26,582 bases of DNA from an uncultured Oscillospiraceae bacterium (GTDB lineage: Bacteria > Bacillota > Clostridia > Oscillospirales > Oscillospiraceae): positions 122,390 through 148,971 of the forward strand of contig CALWOP010000177.1 in the NCBI GenBank assembly GCA_944383195.1, read 5' to 3'. Below the pieces are notes generated by a model. The model worked only from the letters and a program-made list of their open reading frames with translations. It was not told the origin of the DNA and searched no databases. Shown piece after piece: positions 19,935-26,536 of the stretch (within the stretch, counting starts at the first letter, position 1; every line of letters starts with the position of its first letter). Position numbers and translations under genes: made by a program.

Positions 19935-20410
19935 GTAATTTACTATCTTTAGATTAGAGCTCTCGCATTACGGGATATGCTATCTTTGAAGATGGTAAAC
20001 TTAAGACTTATGGGAAATTCACTGTTGATGACGATAATACTGATATAAGATTAGTAAAGATACGATAGAAGGTTTAGGAATTAATAACTAGACATAACAT
20101 AGATGAAGTCGTATTTGAAGATATACAACAATAGAATAACGTTGCTAATAATGTGTAGACTTTTAAAATTTTAGCCGAGGTATATGGAGTAATCTCTGAA
20201 TATTTAGAAGAAAATAAAATACCTCACTCTACAATTTTATCAACCTCATGGAAATCTGCTCTTGGAATTAAAGGAAGAACAAGACCAGAATAGAAGAAAA
20301 ATGCTTAGAATTATGTATTTGAAAATTATGGAGTAAAGCCTACACAAGACGAGAGTGACGCAGTTTGTATCGGTCTCGCGCACATTAAATAGAGTTAGTG
20401 CGCTTGGTAA
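19931..20410 (+). CDS. ruvC: RuvC-like Holliday-junction resolvase carrying 9 in-frame TAG codons. GTG start.
   Basis: The N-terminus LLSLD(TAG)SSRITGYAIF resembles RuvC motif I (IDxGxxxxGxA). The C-terminus DESDAVCIGLAHI resembles RuvC's DAADALAIAICHA. The GTG start overlaps the dut TGA (GTGA). Frame 2 is continuous to TAA at 20408. Confidence 0.7.
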
Positions 20411-20427
20411 TTGGGCCAAATAAAAAA

Positions 20428-20477
20428 ATCCTCCTTTCTTAACTTTGAATTATTTTGAGAAGTTAAGAAAGGAGGAT
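20428..20477. promoter_or_regulatory. Perfect 18-bp inverted repeat with a 14-nt loop. It contains an AAAGGAGGA Shine-Dalgarno-like sequence. Read on the minus strand it is followed by a U-run, so it looks like an intrinsic terminator in that orientation.
   Basis: ATCCTCCTTTCTTAACTT-(14 nt)-AAGTTAAGAAAGGAGGAT. It is preceded by AAAAAAA on the plus strand, which becomes UUUUUUU after the stem for minus-strand RNA. Confidence 0.5.
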
Positions 20478-20496
20478 CTTACAATTGACCTTCATA

Positions 20497-20913
20497 ATGG
20501 AGCATATAGTAGAGATTATATTTGGCCTAATTTCCGCCGGCGCGCTTGCATTTTGTAGACACTTATATAAATAGCTAAAAGAGTATAAAAGTCTGCTTTA
20601 GGAGAAAAGAAATGATAATCTGATAGACCTTATAGACGAAAAGCTAAAACCTATTCTTGATGATATTGAAGAATTAAGAGCTTATATTCGCAAGATAGAA
20701 GGAAAAGAAAATCGAGATTTGACCCTTATTATTTCTTCTTATAGATTTAGATTAGTCTAGCTATGTAAGATTTATATTAAACAAGGATATATGACACAAG
20801 ATCAATATGATTAGCTTACAGAATTTTATAAGCTATATCATTCTCTAGGCGGAAATGGACAAGCTAAAGAGTATTATGAGAAAACAATGGAATTAGAGAT
20901 TAGACCAGAATAA
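20497..20913 (+). CDS. Small membrane protein of the BhlA/UviB (holin-like) type carrying 5 in-frame TAG codons.
   Basis: N-terminal TM segment IVEIIFGLISAGALAFC, followed by a charged coiled-coil and a C-terminal ...QGYMTQDQYDQLTEFYKLYHSLGGNG. The frame is continuous through the TAGs to TAA at 20911. No Shine-Dalgarno sits within normal spacing; the nearest one is inside the upstream hairpin. Confidence 0.5.
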
Positions 20914-20917
20914 TAAA

Positions 20918-20952
20918 AACGGGGAACTCAATTGAGTTCCCCGTTTCGTTTT
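20918..20952. terminator. Bidirectional rho-independent terminator between convergent genes.
   Basis: AACGGGGAACTC-AATT-GAGTTCCCCGTT, flanked by AAAAA upstream and TCGTTTT downstream. Confidence 0.7.
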
Positions 20953-21254
20953 AATCGGTTAAATATTGAATTAGTCATATTTATTATTTCTTGACCATAA
21001 GTTGCAATTAAATCCGCTAATAATTCTTCTTGTTCAAGAGATAATTCAATATTATAACTAAACATTGCAGCGTGTGTTAACTCGTGACATAAAACTTTTT
21101 TCATCATTAATGGAGATAATTCTTCATTAATATAGATTCCTTTAGTTTTATCATCACAGGCTCCTATTGTTAATTGGCCATCACTTCTAATTAACATAGG
21201 ATGAACTGGAGAGGTTAAAAATAATTTCCATTCTTCTCCATTAATATTAAGCAT
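20928..21254 (-). CDS. Small HExxH zinc-metallopeptidase-like protein (108 aa). No TAG.
   Basis: HELTH motif (VLCHELTHAAM) with a downstream Glu. Its ATG overlaps the upstream gene's stop (ATGCTTAA), suggesting translational coupling. Stop codon is TGA. Confidence 0.5.
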   Translation of the reverse strand: MLNINGEEWKLFLTSPVHPMLIRSDGQLTIGACDDKTKGIYINEELSPLMMKKVLCHELTHAAMFSYNIELSLEQEELLADLIATYGQEIINMTNSIFNRLKRNGELN

Positions 21255-21849
21255 GATTTAAAGAAGATACTTTTGTAGCAAGAGCAGAAATCTTTTTCTC
21301 TAATAGCTATTTTTCTTCTGGGCTTGCATCATCAATCATTTCTACTAAATCTTCACTTAATTCTTTCATATATTTATCTAACTCTCTAATCTTGGTATCT
21401 TTATCTTTATGAAGTTCTTTAGACTCCATATACATACGACGGCTCATTGGACTACGACCTTCTCTAGAATCTCTCAATTCCATAGGAAATTCTCTTTCAT
21501 CATAATAATAAGGTTTTTCTCTATAATTCTTGCGGCCGCCGCTATTACCCTCGGTAAATCTTCCCTAAGAATCTCTACCTTGAGGATAATACATTCTTCC
21601 CCATTCGTCTTTATCCATATCTCTATCTGGGAGATAATAAGGATAAGTCATAGGAATATAGTATTTTGTTGGTTCTTTTTCTTTTTCTTCCATAGCTTTG
21701 GTGATAGTACAATAATATATGGCTTCTTCTAAGTCTTTAATCATATCAATTACTTCACCAAGTTCGTGAGTATCTACATTATGGATGTCGCTTAGTTGAG
21801 CTTGAACGCATCCAATAAGAGTTTCCTTCATATGTTTTAATCTTTCCAT
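21247..21849 (-). CDS. Hypothetical protein (200 aa) carrying 2 in-frame TAG codons. It has a structured N-terminal region of about 60 aa followed by a Y/R/E/D-rich low-complexity region.
   Basis: The track ORF 21565..21849 ends at a TAG. The frame then continues (GRDS-Q-GRFTEGNSGGRKNYREKPYYYDEREF...) to TAA at 21247. Confidence 0.5.
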
Positions 21850-21884
21850 AATTAAGCCACCCTTTCAATAATTAAATTAGCGTT

Positions 21885-22274
21885 CTAAACATCAATAGCT
21901 TGAGTAGATAGATTCTTTACAGCTACTTCAAAGCAACATCCACGTGGGACATCTACAAAAATAGAACTAGATACGTTATTATATTCTCCAGTAGTTGCAG
22001 GAGTAGAAATCATAGTACTTGTGGCTACTCCTTCTCCATTAATAGCAATAGCTAAAGAAATTGGGTCTGCGGTCCCGCCTGTGGCGATCGCTATATTCCC
22101 GCTAAAAGTAATTCTATATCTAGCTCTGCATTGAGTTGTCGTATTTCCTTTTAAAGTTACTAGTCCACTGCCTGTACGGTGTAGTAGGCTGTTGGAACAG
22201 CCTACTACCGTATCAGTAAAAAGGACATTTTGATTAGCTTGTACGGTTTGTACAGCATTCGCAATAATTTCCAT
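21885..22274 (-). CDS. BclA C-terminal-domain-like (C1q/TNF jelly-roll-like) protein, 129 aa. No TAG.
   Basis: AAGGAGAG lies 10 nt before the ATG. The sequence has a beta-rich pattern similar to the BclA CTD (RYRITFSGNIAIATGGTADPISLAIAINGEGVATSTMISTPATTGEYNNVSSSIFVDVPRGCCFEVAV). Stop codon is TAA. Confidence 0.5.
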   Translation of the reverse strand: MEIIANAVQTVQANQNVLFTDTVVGCSNSLLHRTGSGLVTLKGNTTTQCRARYRITFSGNIAIATGGTADPISLAIAINGEGVATSTMISTPATTGEYNNVSSSIFVDVPRGCCFEVAVKNLSTQAIDV

Positions 22275-22303
22275 TGAACCAAATCTCTCCTTTATTAATT
22301 AAA

Positions 22304-23203
22304 TTAGCACCCGCAAGTGCTTACTCCATAGCAGCAATTAGGATTGGGTACTACATATGCGGGGACCGGACAATCGCGGCCCAGTCTACGGATAAGTTCT
22401 GCTTGATTTGCATCCATTGCTGCCATAAGGGTAGCGTTTTGAGTGCTTTGAGAAGCTGCAAGACGGAGTGCCTGATTCTCGTTCTGAAGATCTGTAATTT
22501 TCTCCTGGCAGAGATAATCAAGAATAGCACGAGTTCCAGCATTTTGACTATCAATAATATCACGAGTATTATTGGCCAAAGAAGTCTGGAGAGCAGAGGT
22601 GTTTGTTGCCATATTATAGTTGACATCGGCAAAGCCTCTCTCAATCTGGCGTCCGGTTTCGCAGCAACAATCTGCAATTTGACGAGAAATAGCATTTTGA
22701 TTAGTAATATTATCAAAATTAGCTTGCTAAATTGTAGATTTAGTATCGCAGCAACAATTAGAAAGCTGCGTAGCTAAAGCATTCTGTCCTTGCATTAAAG
22801 CAACGCTAGCATTATTAAATCCTTGCTGAGTCTGATAACCAAGCTGGCAAATTGCATTATCAACTCCGTGGAATCCATTAGTAAGAGAATTATTTAAGGC
22901 ATATGTGCTGTCGCAAATACCCTGTTGAATCCCTGTAATGCCGCTCTGAAGATTCTGTAATGCAAAACCTTCATTTATGTCTGCGCGAGTAGCCCAGCCT
23001 TGTCCAGAAGGAGAGCCGAGTCCTCCATTACCACTACCATATCCTCCACCAAAGCCAAAACCGTTTCCCCAACCAGAGAAACAGAAGAGGAAGAGAATAA
23101 TGATCCACCATGCGCCACCGTCGTTCCACATATTGCCGGACCCAGAATTTCCGGTCGCTGCCGCAATATCTGCTAAAGAGTATCCATTGTTAGAATTGAA
23201 CAT
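22304..23203 (-). CDS. Membrane-anchored Gly-rich, Q/N-rich protein (299 aa) with repeated CCC(D/E)T motifs and a Cys-rich C-terminus. One in-frame TAG.
   Basis: AAAGGAGGAA lies 8 nt before the ATG. TM segment AWWIIILFLFCF is followed by GWGNGFGFGGGYGSGNGG. The ORF is continuous from 23203 through a TAG at 22727 to TAA at 22304, joining the three track ORFs 22727..23203, 22351..22716 and 22304..22612. Cys motifs: NCCCDTK, DCCCETG and a terminal CPVPAYVVPNPNCCYGVSTCGC. Confidence 0.55.
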
Positions 23204-23216
23204 TTAAGTTCCTCCT

Positions 23217-23249
23217 TTAAGAAAATTTAAAGGCCGAGCATTTTCTTAA
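23217..23249. promoter_or_regulatory. Perfect 10-bp inverted repeat with a 13-nt spacer.
   Basis: TTAAGAAAAT-(13 nt)-ATTTTCTTAA. It overlaps the stop of the small upstream gene and lies about 14 nt upstream of the Shine-Dalgarno of the CCC-motif gene. Confidence 0.35.
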
Positions 23250-23460
23250 AGTTGGCAAACTCCTTATCGTAATCTAATCCTCTTTGAGACATAATATTTC
23301 TTGCTATTTGCTCAATTTCTGCTGTTTTATTCTATTTAGCCAGATCTAGCAAATTAGCTCCAAATGGATTATTCCCCATCTAGTTTTCTAACATATATAA
23401 TGCTAACTATTGAGGATTCTATCCATTCCTGATCATTTGAATTAACTCCATTGGGTTCAT
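23227..23460 (-). CDS. Hypothetical small protein (77 aa) carrying 4 in-frame TAG codons.
   Basis: AAGGAGAAG lies 7 nt before the ATG. The frame is continuous through the TAGs to TAA. Confidence 0.45.
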
Positions 23461-23472
23461 CTTATCTTCTCC

Positions 23473-23871
23473 TTAAAAATCTAATTTTGGCTTTGACTGT
23501 TGCGTCGTCTCTTGAGGCGGCGCAATTTTTTCTTTTAACTAAGCTAATGCGGTTTCAAATTCTTCCCTAGTAATATACTGAGAAGGATTGATAACTGTTT
23601 CTGTCGGGGTATTCTTTAATTCATAAATATTAAGAGTTGAAGTTCCATCAAGATTAATCTACTTTGTATATATCTTTTTATTCGCTAAGTCAGGAAAGAA
23701 AAATACTGAACCATCAAAGTCAATACTAGTCGCCTTTACTTCTTCGATTGAAGAAACTGGGCGACCTTTAATTCCAATCTAGGACTATTCCACATACTGC
23801 ATTCTCTATTGCGGCATATAAGGGGTGGCCGCAAATTGTTGTGGCATATAGTATGGATAATTGACTGCCAT
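23473..23871 (-). CDS. Hypothetical protein (132 aa) carrying 5 in-frame TAG codons.
   Basis: AAAGGAGGTAAAACT precedes the ATG. A protein-like sequence (GIKGRPVSSIEEVKATSIDFDGSVFFFPDLANKKIY...) reads through the TAGs. Stop codon is TAA. Confidence 0.5.
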
Positions 23872-23899
23872 AGTTTTACCTCCTTTAAAATATTCCCTT

Positions 23900-23984
23900 G
23901 GCCTTTCATTGATATATAAAAATTTGGCAAAGATAATTTTACTATTTTGCCAAAAATTTTGCCAATTTTATAGTAAAAAAATAT
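23900..23984 (-). promoter_or_regulatory. Candidate promoter for the minus-strand cluster. It sits among TTGGCAAA / TTTGCCAA inverted and direct repeats that look like operators.
   Basis: Minus-strand reading: TTGGCA-(18 nt)-TAAAAT. Plus-strand reading: TTGGCAAAgataattttactatTTTGCCAAaaattTTGCCAA. Confidence 0.35.
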
Positions 23985-24006
23985 AATGGGGCGTAGTAGC
24001 CCCATT
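23985..24006 (-). terminator. Rho-independent terminator directly after the LL-H holin gene (minus strand).
   Basis: AATGGGGC-GTAGTA-GCCCCATT stem-loop, followed on the minus strand by UAUAUUUUUUUACUA. Confidence 0.55.
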
Positions 24007-24009
24007 ATA

Positions 24010-24394
24010 TTATTCTCTGTTCTTATTAACTTCGGCCTCGATGAGGTTAGTTAGATAAGTATTTAAGTCACCTGTAGTTTCAATAATATACTGCTTTGCA
24101 TCTTCTGATAAGATTTCTAATACTGCATTCATAGTCTTATTAAATGCAGTTTTCTGAGCTTCCGCATCAAAAGCATTCTGCTCTTTTAGACTATTTACAT
24201 AAGTTTGATTCGTTGCTATTACGCACTTTGTAATAGTATCAAAGATCATAGTAGTATATTTTTCAGCTGTCTCATTCTCTGTTTTAGCATTTAACTCATC
24301 TCGTTTTGCATTGAGATAGTCAACAAGATATTTAGTTAAAATACCAAGCAAAGGAATGATACAAAGCTAGAAGATCTGAATAATAATTTCTGGC
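24010..24394 (-). CDS. Phage holin, LL-H family-like (one N-terminal TM), carrying one in-frame TAG.
   Basis: AAAGGAGGAA RBS. TM segment MPEIIIQIF(Q)LCIIPLLGILTKYLV. The body (ATNQTYVNSLKEQNAFDAEAQKTAFNKT...EAEVNKNRE) resembles Holin_LLH. Stop codon is TAA. Confidence 0.6.
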
Positions 24395-24548
24395 ATAGTT
24401 ATAATTCCTCCTTTATATATTATATAAAACAAGAGGAAGATGATTTAACTATTATTGGCCTTATTACACTTTACTGAACTTGGACAACTATATATAATTT
24501 ATCTACTCTTTCTTTCAAATATATTTGAAAAGAGTAAGATACTCACTT

Positions 24549-24587
24549 TTGGGAAAAGGGTTTCTTACCCTTTTCCCAATTTTTTTA
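24549..24587 (+). terminator. Strong plus-strand intrinsic terminator with no annotated plus-strand gene upstream of it.
   Basis: TTGGGAAAAGGGT-TTCTT-ACCCTTTTCCCAA (13-bp stem) followed by TTTTTTTAT. Confidence 0.65.
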
Positions 24588-24698
24588 TTATCTAGAAAGA
24601 AGAAGTATTTTTCCTGTTAAAAAGTGTACTTTTTCTCGGAAATTGTTTATAGACTTCTAAAAGACTGGAGCGAAGATCGCTTCCATCCTCGACCTTCT

Positions 24699-24745
24699 AT
24701 CTAGTAATTTAGATATATCTAGAACAATAGCTAGATAGAAGGAGG
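24699..24745. promoter_or_regulatory. Two adjacent palindromes built from TATCTAG / CTAGATA heptamers, immediately upstream of the Ig-like gene's RBS.
   Basis: cTATCTAGtaattTAGATAtaTCTAGAacaatagCTAGATAgaaGGAGG. Confidence 0.35.
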
Positions 24746-24754
24746 TAAACAACT

Positions 24755-26536
24755 TTGCCTAAATGTATTTTAACTGAATAGGGTGGAAAAGGCGGAGGAG
24801 GCGGCTCTATTTCCCTTATTAAGATTGAGGTAACAACTCCACCTAATAAAACTAGCTATCTCGCGGGCGACACCTTTAATCCTGCGGGAATGGTGATCAC
24901 CGCATCTTACGGCATGGAAGGCGTAGTTATTACAACGGCAGAAGTAACTGGCTATCAAGTTACTCCTTCTCCTCTTACTGATGGAACTCAGCAAGTAACC
25001 ATTACTTATTCTGAGCTGGGAGAGACTTGTCAAACTACTTATCCTGTAACTGTAACTCATAGACTTACAAGTATTGAAGTAACTTCTAATCCCTCTACTA
25101 TAACTTATGAGTATGGAGATACTCTTCAAACAACAGGAATAGTAGTTACTGCTCACTACTCTGACGGAGATACATCTGCGGTTTCCGGGTATCAATGCTC
25201 TCCAACCTCGCTTACTACAGTAGGTAGTCAACAGATTACAGTTAGTTATAGCGAGAATGGTGTAACTCAAACTACTACATTTAATGTAACAGTTAATCGT
25301 AAGTCTGTAGCTAAGCCAACTTGGAAGAGTAATCTCACCTATAATGGTAACTCTCAGTCTGTTAATGGAACAAGCTATTGGAATAACTTTAATACTACCT
25401 ATATGAGTATTGGTGGCACAACTTCTGCTACTAATGCAGGAACTTATACTGCTACATTTACTCCTGGTAGTAATTATCGTTGGTCTGATGGAACAACTGA
25501 TCCTATTAACGTAAATTGGACTATCAATCGTGCAGCCGGATCTTTAAGTGTGTCTCCTTAGACTGTTGAGATCAATGGTAATAACTATAGTTCTGGCGTA
25601 AATGTTACTATTACTCGCTCTGGAGATGGCGCTATTAGTTATAGTCCTACTAGTGTAAGCGGCTTAACTTTAAGTTTAAGTGGTAACACTTTAAATATTA
25701 AAGGTAATGGTTCTACTGCTATTAGCGGACAAAAAATTACTATCAATGTCGCTCAAGGAACTAACTACCTGGCTCCCGCAAGCAAACAGATTACTGTCAA
25801 TGCTACTTATTGGGAATGGGGCTCTGAAACCGCTGTAGGAGATGCCTCTTGGTGGGCTGGATTAAAAACTTGGGCTGCTAGTGCTAGCACTTCTGAAAGA
25901 AGCGCTTGTGTCGGTAAGAAAAAGAAAGTAAGTCTTTCTACTGCTGTGTTAGGTGCTAATCAAGCCTCTATGGTTTGTATTGGTGCAGACCAAGACGGAG
26001 CTGGTACTTTAACTTTCCAAACTGAAGGTACTTTACCAACTACTACTTAGTTTGGTAGTAATGCAGTATGGATTGGTTCTACTGCTAGAAGTCAATGTTA
26101 GAATTTCTACAATTATTGTAGTGCTAAAAATTCTATTAAGACTGTAAGTAAAGGTACTTGTCCTAGCACAAACGATTCAAGAAATGGCTCTGTAACTTAC
26201 AGCAACGAAACCGTATGGTTACCGTCTGAACGAGAGATGGGATTAGATAGCTATGCTCCAATTTCTACGGCCAATAGCACAACCTCTAAAGCTGAATGTA
26301 CAAAGGGTCATAATGCTGCCTATAGTTACTATACAAATAATAGCAGACGCATTAAATATCAGATGAACGCCAATGGTTCGTTGACGAGTTCAGCGTAGTG
26401 GTATTGGGAGAGGTCTCGTTATTACCGTTCGGACATCTCGACCTACGTTTGCGTTGTCGGCAGCGGTGGCTCTGCGGACTTCTACGGCTACTACATCGTC
26501 AGCCACGGGCTCGCGCCGGCTTTCGTTATCGGATAA
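24755..26536 (+). CDS. Ig-like (Big_3-type) repeat-containing protein (about 593 aa) carrying 5 in-frame TAG codons. The last roughly 45 codons are GC-rich and dominated by NNC codons, making them a candidate DGR variable region.
   Basis: GAAGGAGGTAAACAAC precedes TTG 24755. The frame is continuous through TAGs at 24776, 25559, 26047, 26098 and 26395 to TAA at 26534. Ig-like repeats include ITVSYSENGVTQTTTFNVTV and VTITYSELGETCQTTYPVTV. No signal peptide. Confidence 0.6.
26395..26536 (+). repeat. Candidate DGR variable region / GC-rich island at the 3' end of the Ig-like gene.
   Basis: About 57% GC against about 32% in the rest of the window. 22 of 36 codons are NNC (gac atc acc tac tgc gtc ggc agc ...). 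The window ends 46 nt downstream, so no template repeat (TR) or reverse transcriptase (RT) is visible. Confidence 0.35.

Noticed and set aside
21532-21539. GCGGCCGC (NotI-type 8-mer) and other short GC-rich palindromes such as 724-733
   Set aside because: They are single occurrences embedded in coding sequence. There is no evidence of a function beyond their codon content.
21409-23207. Plus-strand ORFs 21409..21732, 22274..22777 and 22977..23207, and the minus-strand fragments 22351..22716 and 22975..23166
   Set aside because: They run antisense to, or out of frame with, the continuous minus-strand genes (the Y/R/E-rich protein and the CCC-motif protein). Those genes have strong RBSs and coherent products.
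23736-24005. Minus-strand ORF 23736..24005
   Set aside because: It spans the terminator hairpin and the promoter/operator region. It overlaps the better-supported gene that starts at 23871 with a strong RBS. It has no RBS of its own.
25559-25561. TAG at 25559 as a genuine stop, which would split the Ig-like gene into two
   Set aside because: No RBS or start codon follows it. The downstream sequence stays in the same frame with protein-like Ig-repeat sequence. TAG is demonstrably a sense codon in the rest of the window.
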